64,000 nt of DNA, taken from contig NC_042998.1 of assembly GCF_006345805.1 (NCBI RefSeq), forward strand, positions 137,392,001-137,456,000, given 5' to 3'. Made by a program: the position numbers and the translations under genes. This document shows positions 24,141 through 38,858 of this stretch, in pieces. This DNA comes from Octopus sinensis (Eukaryota). The notes beneath the pieces were generated by a model that did not search any database, was not told the origin of the DNA, and worked only from the letters and a program-made list of their open reading frames with translations. Numbering within the stretch: the stretch's first letter is position 1; every line of letters starts with the position of its first letter.

Positions 24141-24345
24141 AGGTGGCAAGTTGGCAGAATCATTAGCATGCTGGGCAAAATGTTTCATGGCATTTTGTCC
24201 ATCTTTATGCTCTGAGCTCAAATTCTACCAAGGTCACCTTTGCCTTTCAGCCTTTCAGAGTTGATACATTAAGTACTGGCGTTGATGTAATCAGCTAGTC
24301 CCCTCCCCCAAATTTCAGGCTTTGTGCCTTTATAGAAATTATTAT
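24141..24345 (+). mobile_element. tRNA-headed SINE (family B)
   Basis: GGTGGCAAGTTGGCAGAATCATTAGCA...GAGCTCAAATTC...CTTTGCCTTTCA...TAAGTAC. Related copies at 32557-32737(+), 37790-37995(-) and 44366-44572(+). Confidence 0.75.
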
Positions 24346-24488
24346 TATCATTATTAAGGTGGCAAGCTGGTACAATTGTTAGCATGCCGGTCAAAGGGCT
24401 TAGTAGCAAACTTGCTGGCCTTGTGCCAAAATTTGAAATTATTATTATTGTTGTTGTTATTATTATTATTATAATCATTCTTCTTCTT

Positions 24489-24559
<71 letters not shown>

Positions 24560-24595
24560 CATTCTTCTTCTTATTATTATTATCATTATTATTAT

Positions 24596-26130
24596 TTACT
24601 TTTATTCTGCATGTTTGTTACAATCACTTGCTGAGACACACCCAGCATCCTAGGATGTGTGAGATGTTACAATATGACTGAAAGCTTGGGGAGGAGAAGT
24701 GGCAGGGGCAGTAGTGAAATATCTTCATGTAATACAACATAGACATTTAAACTGATAGGGTCTTTCTAAGGATGTGGGCAGTACTTGTCAGTTCAATCTT
24801 TTGGATTTCTCTGAGACAGGGTACTCCTGTGATATTATCTAGATGTTTCTGACATCCCTTTCTTATGATATCTAGGGCACCCACAATAACAGAAACAGTT
24901 CTTGTTTTAAGATGCCACATCTTTTATATTTCAATTTCCAAGTCCTTATATTTACTTAATTAGTCAAGTTCCTTTACAGACATATTTTTATCAGTGGTAT
25001 CGGATATATTTTTATCCTACTTTTACGTCTGTTAGTCTAGAAGAATTTTTCCCGTCTTTAATGATTATGTCTGGTCGATTAGCCTGGATCATTTTGAAAC
25101 CTTCAGTCTCTGCTTTTAGTCCTGAGCTTCTCAGTCACTGATGTGTTGTTGATTGGTCTATATCAGCATTTCAGCTTCGAAGTATATACTGTCCATGAAG
25201 AAGCTTCTGGCTCCACCGCTCCTCAATTTGTTTCTGCCCATTCGTTGTTGCAGTCTGTTTGTTCCGTTTTGCTTGTTTGGTGGCAGTGGTTTCAGGTTCT
25301 CTATTTAATTCAGGGTTAATGCCAAGTTCCCTTGCAAATTTGGAAGCTTCCTTGACAATAGAATGTGATTTTTTGCTGCTTTCATGTTTGCACACAAGCT
25401 GCAGCATCCAGTTCTCTGTACTAAATAAGTACTTGTTCATTGCTATTGTGGAGGTCTTACAGCACAGTTCTACCTGCATCATTCTTCTTCTCCCTTTGCA
25501 TCTAGGTGGTTACAGATGTTCAACATCTGCTTTTGAGTGGTACATGTTCTTAGATGTTAGTAGTTTTCTTGTCTTCCTGTCCAGGTGTTGGGGCTCTGTA
25601 AGATTTCAGTTAGTGATGTTAAAACTGTATTGGACTACTGGAAGAGCCAGGGTGTTAATGGCTTCGATGCAATTTTTGGAGTTGAGTTCAGTTTTTAGTA
25701 TGAGTCTTACTCACCTGTAATACTCCTTTCTTATTTTTTCTTTCATAGTAGCATGCTGTATACCATCTCCTTCATTTATCCCCAAGTATTTATAGCTTTC
25801 TTGTGGGTCAAGCTCCTTGATGGTAGTGTCGATATCTAATTTAATGGAAGCTGTTTTGTTTGAGCTTGTCTCTAACAAAAGTTGCCTTAGTACACTTATT
25901 AAAACCAAAATCCATCCTAATGTCATTGCTGAACTCTTTAACAGTTGTTAACAGCCCTACTAGCTCTTCATCATTTCTAGCAAACAGCTTCAGATCGTCC
26001 ATATAAAACAAATGGTTTACTATATTATACACTTTGAACCCATACCTGGTGTTATTCAGTTTGTTTGAGAATGGGATCAGTACCATGAAAAAGAGTAATG
26101 GGGAGAGGCAGTCACCTTGAAAAATACTTC
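24596..26130 (-). mobile_element. 5'-truncated, decayed R4/Dong-type LINE (RT plus restriction-like endonuclease)
   Basis: Minus strand reads IFQGDCLSPLL, NHLFYMDDLKLFA, YKYLGI and ANRPDIIIK. AATAAA is followed by a (TAA)n/(GAA)n tail at 24440-24596. Confidence 0.88.
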
Positions 26131-26465
26131 ATTTGATGTTGGCGTCAATCAAACAGTCCTCAGTCCTCAGTCAAACAGTCCAACCCTTGCCAGCATGGAA
26201 AGCGGATGTAAAATGATGATGATGATAAATATGTAGTTGAGATGTGTTCTGTTAAGAATGTATATGAGTACAAACAGAGCTTGTTCACCCTTAGAATTCA
26301 CTTTCATTCTTCCATGACATCAAGTCTGGTCATGGAGAAATATTATATTGGAAACATGTGAGAGTTGGTGACAGGAAGAGCATCTGGCAATAAAATTTCT
26401 ACGTCAACAAATTCCATCCAACCCATGAAGGTATGGAAAAGTGAACATTATTCCTATGAACATAT

Positions 26466-26537
26466 TCTCATTTGGACTAGTGGTTACGATTCTTGGCTTT
26501 CATCTAGGCAGCCAATGTTCAACTGCCAGCATCAGAA
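26466..26537 (+). pseudogene. tRNA-Glu(TTC) pseudogene
   Basis: 72 nt TCTCATTTGGACTAGTGGTTACGATTCTTGGCTTTCATCTAGGCAGCCAATGTTCAACTGCCAGCATCAGAA aligns without gaps to the metazoan tRNA-Glu(TTC) pattern. Acceptor and T stems and the B box are damaged. Confidence 0.75.
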
Positions 26538-26555
26538 CTCTTGGTTTTCATAGGC

Positions 26556-26988
26556 CTAGGTGTGGCTCTGTGGTGAAGAAGACCACTTTGTAACAACATA
26601 GTTTCAGGTTCAATCTCACTACACGGTACCTTGGCAACCATTTTCTATTATAGTCTTGGGCTAAAACCAATGCCTTGAAAGGGAATTTGATAAACAGAAG
26701 CTGTATAGAAGCCCACCATATATGTGTGTGCATGCATGCATGTATGTATGTGTATGTGTGTGTGCATGTGCATGTGTGTGTGTCCTATATCTGTGTCATT
26801 GTGGCTATGTTTGTCCCCCACCATTACTTGACAACAAACATTGGTTTGTTTACATTCCGTTAACTTAGGGGTTCAGCAAAAGAAACCAATAGAATGAATA
26901 CTAGGCATACAAAGAAAATAAGTCCTGCGATCAATTGTGTTCCAGTATGGCTGGAGTCCAATGACTGAAACAAGTAAAAGATGAAAAT
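26556..26988 (+). mobile_element. SINE family A
   Basis: Head, central (TG)n/TGCA block and tail are all present. Confidence 0.75.
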
Positions 26989-27337
26989 ATGGAAAAGATA
27001 GAAATTCAAATGAAAAATATATTTTAAAGTTATGATTAATTTCAGTAAAAAAAAAGGGACAATGTGTGGAGTTAAAGTTTTAGTTTAGATTCGATGCTGA
27101 TGGCAACATCCAATTGAAATATATTTGATACTAGCTTAAAAGCCACACACATCCAGACTTTTCAGCTAGCATTTTTAGTGCGGACATTTTGAAAATAATA
27201 AATGATCAGTTCACAAGCAAGGCAAATCCAAAAACAGGCAAAACTGGATAATCAGGTTTGCTGTATTAAGGAAAATAGGCTAAAATAAAAGCATTGTATA
27301 TACTCTATTCCCATAATGTTAACAAAGGAAGTCATGA

Positions 27338-27697
27338 AGGAGTGGCTGTGTGGTAAGTAGCTTGCTTACCAACAACAGGTTCAGTCCCACTGCATGGCAC
27401 CTTGGGTAAGAGTTTTCTGCTATAGCCTCGGGCTGACCAAAGCCTTGTGAGTGGACTTGGTAGATGGAAACTGAAAGAAGCCCGTCATGTGTGTGTGTGT
27501 GTGTGTGTGTGCATGTGTCTCTGTGTTTGTTGCCCCCTAACATCACTTGACAACCGATGCTGGTGCGTTTACATCGCCGTAACTTACCAATAGAATAAAC
27601 ACTAGGCTTACAAAGAGTAAGTCCTGAGGTCGATTTGCTCGACTAAAGACGGCGCTCCAGCATGGCCACAGTCAAATGACTGAAACAAGTAAAAGAA
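27338..27697 (+). mobile_element. SINE family A, relatively young (CpGs retained)
   Basis: GGAGTGGCTGTGTGGTAAGTAGCTTGCTTACC...GGTCGATTTGCTCGACTAAAGACGGCGCTCCAGCATGGCC...GACTGAAACAAGTAAAAGA. Confidence 0.85.
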
Positions 27698-27773
27698 TAT
27701 ATATATATATATATATAAAATATAAATTAGAGATAATACCACTATTATGCAACTCAAACAGTGATAGTGTGTG

Positions 27774-27813
<40 letters not shown>

Positions 27814-27987
27814 AACACACACATACATATATAGATAGATAGAAAGATACATACATACATACATACATACATACATACATGCATACATATAAATATATAT
27901 TTATATATATGCCTGCACACACACATGCACATATATATATATAGAAATGATAGATAGAAGGTGAGTGGGTGCATATGTATGCATTTA

Positions 27988-28023
<36 letters not shown>

Positions 28024-28439
28024 TGAATGAGTGCATACACATGTGCGTCTCTTTTCTTTTCATACAAAAAGAAAAACTGCGTGTAAGCTTTCAAACTATT
28101 TTTACAAATTCTTCTTTTTTTTCTTCCTTTTATTTTCTATATATCTTCTGAAATGATTTGCTCTGAAAACAAATATCACCTTTTAAGCAAGGAAAGTTAT
28201 ATAGTTGATTACCACGCCATCTCCACAGCCACCACCACTACCACATATTATTAATATTGATTTTTATTAACTCCTAGCAGAGTTTAAAATTCAGGGCTAT
28301 GAGGGGACAAATTTATTTCTTCCTTAGAGTCCAAAATCTATGTGTTTTTGTGGTGAACTGCATAAATGAGAGAATCAATTCCATTATATTATCATTAACC
28401 TCTGAGGACTGTAAAGCATAAAATCCATTGTCTTTTATC

Positions 28440-28651
28440 TTTTAATTGCTTCTGTTATTGGACTGTGACCATGCTGGGGCACCACCTTGAAGGGTTTTAA
28501 TTGAAAGAAGTCAATCCCAGTGCTTACTTTTAAGTTTGGTGCTTATTCTATCAGTTTCTATTGCCAAATCACAAAGTTAAAAGGACATAAACAAACCAAC
28601 ACTTGTTGTTGAATGGGTAGGGAGCAAAACAGACTCAAAGACATGCACACA

Positions 28652-28689
<38 letters not shown>

Positions 28690-28950
28690 TATAAATATGT
28701 GTATGTGTGAGTGTGTATGTGAGTGTGTGTGCATGTGTGTGTATGTGTGGTGTGTGTGTGTACATATACATTTATCTATTTGTACATATTACAATGAGGT
28801 TCCACAAAATACTAAACTCACTCAAGAAGCATTGGTCAGCCCAGGGCTACAGTAGAAAGAAGGCACTTGCCCAAAGTGTCATGCTGTGGGATTGAACCCA
28901 AACTATATGGCTACAAAATGAGCTTCTTAACCACATAGCCATGTCTATGC
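28440..28950 (-). mobile_element. SINE family A (tail, microsatellite, head)
   Basis: Reverse-complement tail at 28440-28620 and head at 28790-28950. Confidence 0.7.
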
Positions 28951-29720
28951 CTCTGTGAGAATGTTTTAAGCATTTGAAAATACAAAATCAAAGACGGAAA
29001 ACAGATATTGATTTTTTTTATCAAGGCACAAGGTCAATTTTGCAACAAAAGCTACAAATTTTTTTCTTTTTTAAATTGTAAAACGATTTTCTGCAACTTC
29101 TAACACTCTAACCTCTTTTGATTCACAAAAAAAAAATTGTTTTAATAATTGTGTTATTTGATAGTTACAGGAATTTAATTTATTTTTTTTTGTCAAAGTT
29201 AAGTGATTTTTCCATTCTGCAATTATTTAGAAGGAAAATTGATTTATGGCTAAGGTACAAGACTACAAATTTATAGGTTAATAAAATGTAAGTTGCAGGA
29301 CATTCTTCTTGCCTTTCATTATCATCATCATTCGCATGTTTGGATGGAAATTGTTGCACCAGATTTTGTACAGCCAGATATCCTTCTTGTCACCAACCTT
29401 CCTTTGTTTTAAAATAAGGAAATATTTTCCCCAAGACTAATCATGTTTTGAAGGAAGACTGGGAACAAAGGCATTGCTTGCATGATAGTAATACTCATTT
29501 ACAAATATCTTGTCATGAGAAGACAAGGAAATTGTAACACACACACAAATACACATATATGCATATACACGCACACATACACACACATACATACACAGAC
29601 ACACAAACACACACACACACACAATTATACACATATGCATATACATGCACACATACATACACAGACATACACATGTACACACACATACACACAAGCATTT
29701 GCACGCACATATTCATATAC

Positions 29721-29757
<37 letters not shown>

Positions 29758-30904
29758 TACATATATATATGTATATACATATATGAATGTGTGTGTACCA
29801 TATGTATGTGTGTGTATGTGTATGTATATGCATGTATATGTATTTGTGTGTGTGTTTATGAATGTATGTGTATTTATGTGTATGTGTATGTGTATTTATG
29901 TGTGTGTGTGTGTGTCCAATGGGCTTCTTTCAGTTTTTATCTACTAATTCCACTCACAATGCTGTGGTCGGCCTGGGGCTATAGTAGAGGACACTTGACC
30001 AATATGCCAACCATGTAGTTAAGAAGAAAAAGTAGTAGCTCTAATTTAGATCCACACCTTGTATTCAGCTTTCCCAAAATGGTCACCCACCTTTACTGAT
30101 CTTTCTGCATCATATTCTCTCTTCTATTCAAGATTCTTGCACATGGCAGTGTGAATAACAAGCTTGCTTCATAACAACAGGTTTCAGGTTCAGTTCTATT
30201 GCACAGTACTTTGGTCAAGTGTCTTCTACTATAGCCCCAAGCGGAATAATGCCCTATGTGGAAGTCTATCGTGATGTGTGTGTGTCTGCATGTGTATCTG
30301 TGTGTGCGTGCTTGTGCTTGTGTGTGCGTGTGTCTGTGTGTGCATGCTTGTGCTTGTGTGTGCGTGTGTCTGTGTGTGTGTGTGTGCGTGTGTCTGTCTG
30401 TCTGTGCGTGAGTATGCGTATGTGTTTGCTTGTGTTTGTGTGTGTATGTGTGTGAATGCGTGTGTGTGCTTGTGTGTGTATGTGTGTGTGCATGCGTGTG
30501 TGTGTGTGAGTGTGTGTGCATGCATGTGTATGTGTGTGTGTGTGTACACTAGTATCTTTGTCTCTTTCTATCTGTGTCTGTCCCCTTCCATAGCTTGATG
30601 ACTGTCATTGACTTGTTTATGGTCCCGTAACTCAGTGATCTAACGAAAGAGACCCAGGAAATAAGTATCATATTTAAAAATATGTAATGGAATCAATTTG
30701 TTTGAGTAAACCCTTCGAGACGGTGTCCCATCATGACTATAGCCCAGAATGTTACCTTAAGGGTAGGCTCTGGTTCCTTATCACCATGATTTCTATCTCT
30801 CTTTCTGGCACCACTCCATCTACCCCCACTTACCCATATATAACTACAGTGGATAGCCCTGAATCTCTGCCAACTCTACTCACCCCACTGTCCTTCTTAT
30901 CCCT

Positions 30905-31201
<297 letters not shown>

Positions 31202-31860
31202 TTTGATACTCTTCTTTTTTCCATTCTATTATTCCCTTCCTCAGTACTCTGTAAAATATGCATTATTTTCATCTCATTTAAACTTTGTGCTTTCTCTGTA
31301 CTACTGGGAACAGTTCTCTGTGCCTTGGGTATATGCTGTTGTTTGCTTTAGTATAGATATTTTTACTGTATTGAAAGATAAGATGTGTCCAGTGCCTAAC
31401 AATGCTATTTTCTATATATTGGATATATCTGTAAGTCCTGGTTATGTATGTGTCTGCATGTTTATTTTGTTTTGCTTTTGTCTTTTATTAATAGGGACTG
31501 TTTCTGTTTTCAGTTTCAACATTTGGGTTATTTCTATTTTCCAGATCTTTAATTTCAAGAGTTTCTCCATTTCCTTTAAAGATACAGTGTCATCTGCTGA
31601 GATATATATTGATTAGGAGATTCCTTGATGATCCTTGACAACAATATCAGGTCAATAATCTTGATCTCTCTATCTATGTGTATTGTTGCTTTATCGTTTT
31701 TTTGAGACCTATTCAGGAGTTTATTATTATTATCATCATTATTGTTGTTGTTGTTGTTATTATTATTAGTGGTGGTGGTGGTGGTGGTGGTGGTGGTGGT
31801 GGTGATGGTGGCGGTGGTGGTGGTGGTGGTAGTGATAGTATAGTAGTAGTAGTAGTAGTA

Positions 31861-32408
31861 GTGAGAGAGCAGTGTATGCCATCAAAGTGACACTGGGATA
31901 CAAATAAACAAAACCCAATATACCCATCACGACAACCCATCTGATAGGGGTACACAACCAAATATGTGCAACGTGATGATCTCATGACCTTGCAGGTGGG
32001 ACCCAGCACATGACCTTGCAGGTGGGACCCAGTTAGAATTTTCTTCAGGTTGAGTAGCCAATCCTGCTCAAAAGGTCCCTGAATAAGGGTTGTTGAAGGA
32101 TGTTGAACGAAACACCCATGTTTCCAGAGGTGAATTATTTAAACCACCAAGAGTTCCTTTCAACACATAGCTATGATGCTCCCCCGCTACTTCTGCTCGT
32201 GATCAGAGATGCACATATCGTCATCCACTAAGGGACATGCTCAATTGGTTAAGGAGATGCAACTAACAAGTAAATCTATAGTATTGAGCAGAATATTTGT
32301 TGTAGCTCATCTTTTATACCAAGACAACACAATGTACATAATAACACTTCCAATCAGTTAAGATCAGAAGCCATGAGAGCCACTGACTGGTACTGCATTA
32401 GGGCATTT
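31861..32408 (-). mobile_element. ~550-bp non-coding retroposon, copy 2
   Basis: Collinear with 20459-21016 with the same GGGCATTT boundary; has a small deletion and a ~25-bp internal tandem duplication at 31984-32031. Confidence 0.75.
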
Positions 32409-32750
32409 ATGGTCGTTGTTGTCATCATCAGCTTTCTCAAGGTTAATGAAATAAGTACTACTCAAATCCTGGGTTGACATTATTAACTATCCCCCTCCCA
32501 GCCAAATTTCAAACCTTGTGCTTATATTTGAAACCATTATTATTATTATTATTATTGCAAGCTGGCAGAATCATTAGCATGGTGGACCAAATGCTTAGCG
32601 GTATTTCATCCATCACTACATTCTCAGTTCAAATTCTACTGAGGTCGACTTTGCCTTTCAACCTTTCAGGGTCCATAAATTAAGTACCAGTGAAACACTG
32701 GGGTTGATATAATTGACTACCCAAAATTTCAGGCCTTGTTAAGAGAAAGG

Positions 32751-32800
<50 letters not shown>

Positions 32801-33829
32801 TATTATTATCATCATCATCATCATCAACATCATTATGGTAGTAGTAGATTGACATTGACAATGATGATGACGATGATGATGATAAGAACAATGGCAATGA
32901 CAAAGACGATAATTATGATGATTATCATGATCATGATCATTGCTGCCAAGCATGTAACATCTATCTGACTGAATAAATTGACAAGTGAGAAATGACAGGA
33001 AGAAATCCATAGATACAGGATCATTTCATTTGTCTCTCAATGAAAGAAACTAATGTGAATTACATACATTTATTATCATGGTGTATCTGTTCTAATTTAT
33101 AATATTTCATGTGAAGGACAGAGCATGACCAAAATAGAGTGAACAAATTAATATGAGTCTTTGACTAAGCTTTACTTCTAGATAGATAGCGGAAAAGTTT
33201 GTATATATGTCGTTAATGAGTCTTGAAATTCATTATCCTTTCCTGATAGACCTGATACCTTTTACATCTTCCTCCTCTTCCTCCTCCTCATACTCATCAT
33301 CATCATTGTCATTATCATCATGATCATCTGCTTTGTCATATCATCATCATCACATTCATCATCATCGTCATCATCATTGTTGTCATCATATGTGTGTGTA
33401 TGTGTGTGTACATATATATGTCGGTGTAATATATATATATATATATATAATATATATATACACACATATATACACACACATACATTCATACATACACACA
33501 AGTAGGTAGATTACTGGTTATATTGACAGCTATACAGATGATGAATAGATAGATAGACAAACAGACAGTCAGGCCAGTAGGTAGACAGACAAATAAATAG
33601 ATAGACAGACAGATAGATAGGTTGGTAGATAGACAGATGCACGTATGCAAAGGGCTTCTATCAGTTTCTGTCGGTTCAGATCCACTCACTAAGTGTTGAT
33701 CAGCCCAGAGCTATAGTAGAAGACATTTTCCCAGCAATGGGACTAAACCTGAAATCACATGGTTGGGACATGAACTTCTTAATGACACAAGTCATTCCTA
33801 CACCCTATATAAAACCACAATTTTACTGA

Positions 33830-33947
33830 AATTTACTCTCTGCAAATTTTATCAAGACCAGTAACTGATTTACATCTGAAATGCCATCACCATCATCATT
33901 GTCATCACCATCATTATTGTCAACACCATTATTATTATCATTGTTCA

Positions 33948-34000
<53 letters not shown>

Positions 34001-34260
34001 CCAACATCATCACCGTCACTGTCATCATCATCACTGTCATTATCATCACCATCATCATTATCATTGTAATCGTCATCATCATTGTCCACATCAGCAGCAG
34101 CATCCCCATCATCATCATTGTCATTGCCATCATCATGGTCGACGTTGTTGTTGTCATCGGCAACAGTAGTGCTGTTGTCATTGTCATTGGTGGTGGCAGT
34201 GTAGTCATCGCTGTCATCAGCAGCGGCAACACTGTCGTCATCATCATCATTGTCATTTAA
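33830..34260. repeat. (CAT)n-based trinucleotide mosaic
   Basis: Directly visible. Confidence 0.9.
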
Positions 34261-34471
34261 TGTCCATGCTCCTTGTTGGCATGGGTTGGGTGGTTGGATA
34301 GTTTAACACCAGGCTCCATTGTCTGTTTTGGTATGGTTTCTACAGCTTGATGCCATTCCTAATGCCAACTACTTTACAGTATGAACTGGGTGTTTATTTA
34401 TTTATTTTTTTGTGCTACATATATACACATACACACACACACATATATATATACACATATGTATATATGTG

Positions 34472-34545
<74 letters not shown>

Positions 34546-34655
34546 TATATATATATGTGTGTGCAGTATTGAGGTCATCAAAAGTCAATAAGAATAATCA
34601 TGAGTGTTTTGATAAAAATGTCTACTTCTGCTGCATTCATACATACACACTATAC

Positions 34656-34992
34656 CAGTGGTTCCCAACCAGGGTCTATATGGCTCCTAATGGTCCATAT
34701 AAGATTTTGGGGAATCTGTGCAACAAAATAGTAAATTGGGGATCAACAGTAGTATATTAAGGGTTCATGAAAAAATTTGCTTTAGACTTATTTATTGCAA
34801 GAAACAGCTACAAGGTTTCTTTAACATTTTACATTGTTCAACTCACACACATTAATATGTGAAAACCAGAATAGAAATTTTGAAAGAAGGATCTATAAAA
34901 TTAGTTTTTAAACATCAAGTGGCTATTGGGGTCCACCAGAATGAAATAGTAATCAAAGGGGTCCATAGATAAAAAATGGTTGAGAACCTTTG
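34656..34992. mobile_element. hAT-like MITE
   Basis: Left TIR CAGTGGTTCCCAACC, right TIR GGTTGAGAACCTTTG; the 8-bp flanks are only partly similar. Confidence 0.65.
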
Positions 34993-35402
34993 CCTTAAAC
35001 AATCATTAGGCAAAGAATATTAAACTATACCTAAAAATTGAATTCATTTTGTTGTCATTGTTGTTGTTATTGTTGTCATTGTTGCTGTCCTTGTTTTTGT
35101 TTTTCTCATAACTGTTGTTGTCACTTTTGTATCATTATTTTGTTGTTACTGTTGTTCTTTTGTCTGAGACCAGCCCTAATGAAGGAGACTACAATTAAAG
35201 GTATTCATTACTCAAAAATAGTGTATCTAAATACAATATTATCCAATTTTTGTGAACGGGGCCAAGTGGTTAGGGTGATCATAATGTTATGAATTCAATT
35301 CCTTGGCCAGGCAGCATGTTGTATCCTTGAGCAAGGCACTTCATTTCACATTGCTCCAGTCTACTCAACTGTAATGCAAAACAGCCAGGTCCTGATGGAA
35401 AC

Positions 35403-35467
<65 letters not shown>

Positions 35468-35579
35468 CTCCCTCTCTCTCTCTCTTCCTGTTTCCTTCTC
35501 TCTCTCTTTCCTCCTCTCTCTCATCCTCTTTCCTTCTCTCTCTCTTTCCTCCTCTCTCTCTTCCTCTTTCCTTCTCTCC

Positions 35580-35610
<31 letters not shown>

Positions 35611-35807
35611 GTCTATCTATCTATCTCCCTCTATCCCTCCAAATATTACATCCTGGATGTTACATTGGGTCAAGAGTAAGGAACCAAAAGTGTTTCATAT
35701 CTGCTTGTGACTACATAGGCACTTAAAACAATTAGGAAAAGTATTGAACATGTTACTAAGTGATGCTCATAAGTGACGATTGTAATTTTCATTCAATGAC
35801 ATTAATA

Positions 35808-36243
35808 GTAGAGTGTGATTTGAAGGAGATTTGACTATTATTTTTAACAAGTTAGACAACTACATAGAAGCTTCCTTGTAAGAAGGAGATTTAGTTGTTA
35901 TTTTTAGCAAGTCAAAAAAATCATAAAAGCTTCTTCATTAGTAGGGCATGATTTGAGGGAGATTTTACTGTTATTTTTAGCAGGACAAAAGATTACATAG
36001 AACTTTCTTTGTTAGTAGGGTATGATTTGAGGGAAATTTGATTGTTATTTTTAGCAAATAAAACAGCTGCATAAAAGCTTTCTCACTAGTAAGATGTGAT
36101 TTGTGGGAGATTTGATTGTTATTTTTTCAGCAAGTTAATTAATGACTATATAGAAACTTCTTTGTTTACTAATGTGGTGTGATTTGCAGAAATTTGGCTG
36201 TTATTTTTTGCAAGTTGAATGACTACACAGAAGATCCCTTGTT
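35808..36243. repeat. Degenerate tandem array, ~73-bp unit, 6 copies
   Basis: Recurrent GTAGGG.TGATTTGAGGGAGATTTG..TGTTATTTTTAGCA at ~35808, 35878 (shortened), 35941, 36016, 36089 and 36170. Confidence 0.85.
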
Positions 36244-37036
36244 AAATATATATGTTACAAGCTGTTGTTTGGTTTGTTGGATGATGGTAATAAGTGGACA
36301 AAAATACTTCTATGTTGATGATAATAAATGAAGATTAAAGATAGTATGCAAATTTATGGTTCAATGAGATATTCATCAAAATTATCTCTACATTTTCATA
36401 TTTACATACACTCACATATTCAGAACACAAATATATTTGTCGTGGGGAAATGCTTCACATCATAACACTGTTAACGCATACATCCTTAAACAAAGTGGGA
36501 ATATTGTTAATCATTCATTGCTGTTTAACATTGGTTAGACAGAAAATGCAAATATTTTAATGTTTGGAAGCAATTTTTCATATCAATCTAAAATAAATAC
36601 ACAAATAACACAGGACTGGCTGTATGGTTAAGCAGTTTGCTTTACAACTATGTGGTTTCAGGTTAGGTTCCACTGTACAGCACCTTGGACAAGTCTCTTC
36701 TACTATAGCCTTGGGCCAAACAAAACTTTGTGAGCAAATCTGGTACATGAAATCCTTTGCAGAAGCCCGTTATATGTATGTCTATGTATGTATGTGTGTG
36801 TGTGTGTGTGCGTGTGTGTGTTGTGTGTGTGTGTGTGTATGTGTGTGTGTGGAGGTGCATGGCTTAGTGGGGTTAGGGTGTCAGCATCATGATCGTAAGA
36901 TTGTGGTTTCAATTCCTTGACCAGAGCAAAACACTTCATTTCATGTTGCTCCAGTCCGCTCAGCTGGCAAAAATGAGTAAAGCTATAAAAACTGGGAAAC
37001 CGGGCCCATGAGCCTGGCTAGGCTCTAAAAGGGCGA

Positions 37037-37099
<63 letters not shown>

Positions 37100-37379
37100 T
37101 TATTTATATTCATACACATACATACATAATACATACATATATATATCATCGCCGTTTAACATCAGCCTTCCATGCTGGCATGGGTTGAACATATATATAT
37201 ATATGTATATGTATATATATGTATACACACACACATGCACACATATACATATATACATACACACACACACACACACACATATATATACACACACAATGGG
37301 TTTATATATATGTATATATGCATGAATTTATATGCAGGCACACATGCATGTATGTATATCTCTCTGTATATATGTGAGC

Positions 37380-37412
<33 letters not shown>

Positions 37413-38365
37413 TGCATGTGTGTGTGTATGCATGTGTGCATATGTATGTGTGCGAGTGTGTGTGTTTTTGTCTCCTTTAATTGACATCATGTGATAGTTG
37501 TAAAATGAGCATCACTGTCATACAAATAGTATCATTCATTTCCAGGGAAACATAAACCTGGCTTGGAAACAGGTGAGTGTTGGTGACAGGATGGGCATCC
37601 AGTAGCAGAAAACTGCCTCAATAAAATTCTGTCTAACCCATGAAATAATAGAAAAATGGGCTTTAAAAAAAAATGATCATCATCATCCTGACAATGATGA
37701 TGGTGGTAGTGGTGGTGGTGGTGGTAGTAGTGGTTATAGTCAAATATAGTTGTCAATCAAACAGATTTCCATATAATAATGGTTTCAAATTTTGGCACAA
37801 GGCCAGCAAATGCAAAGGAAGATCTAAGTTGATTACATCGAGCCATGTACTCAGCTGATACTTATTTTATTTTCATCCTGAATGGATGAAAGGCAAAGTT
37901 GATTTCAATGGAAATTGAACTTAGAAACATAAAGACAGACAAAATGTCATTAGACATTTTGCCAGGCATGCTAACGATTCTGCCAGCTCACTGCCTGTGA
38001 TTTTCATGTAATAATAAGACAGTTCTTTAGGTTTTCAATTGTTTAGTCTCTTTTAACCATTATCACAAAATCCATTATTATACTATTTTTATAAGAGGCA
38101 AAATATGTGAGCAATATATAATTCATAGGCTGATGATAGAAATTTCTTTTCCTTTCTTTAAGTTATATTTCTTACAACTAATAAAGAATAAGTCAGAGCA
38201 GGTGTGACAGAATTCCGTCTCACTTTTAATCCTCTGAGAAACCGTTAATCCTCACAGAAATAGACTGCTAGACACTATAAGTTTTTGTTTCCGCTTTTCT
38301 CCTTGCCATTCATTTTAAGAGTGTAATTTGGATATGTTGCTAATATACCACCTGCTCTATATTCA

Positions 38366-38399
<34 letters not shown>

Positions 38400-38729
38400 A
38401 CAGCAACAAACAACATCATCATTGTTTCATGTCCACTTTTCCATGCTTGCATGGGTCAGACAGAGTTCATCAAGGCAGATTTTTCACAGCCAGATGCCCT
38501 TACTATTGCCAACCTGAGCAAAGTAATAGTTCTTTATGGTTTGACATTTCCACAGAAGATTGGAACCAAATGACATCACTTGTATGACACACTGCTGCTC
38601 ATATACAATGTTAGCTAAATTTCTCAAAAACAATTCCAGGTATAGTTAAAGGTTTATATATATATATATATCTGGTGATCATTTGAATCATCTCAGAAAT
38701 CCTGATAGTTCATAGCAGTAAGAATCATC

Positions 38730-38761
<32 letters not shown>

Positions 38762-38817
38762 CATCATCAATCATCATCATCAATCATCATCATCATCAAT
38801 CATCATCATCAATCATC

Positions 38818-38858
<41 letters not shown>

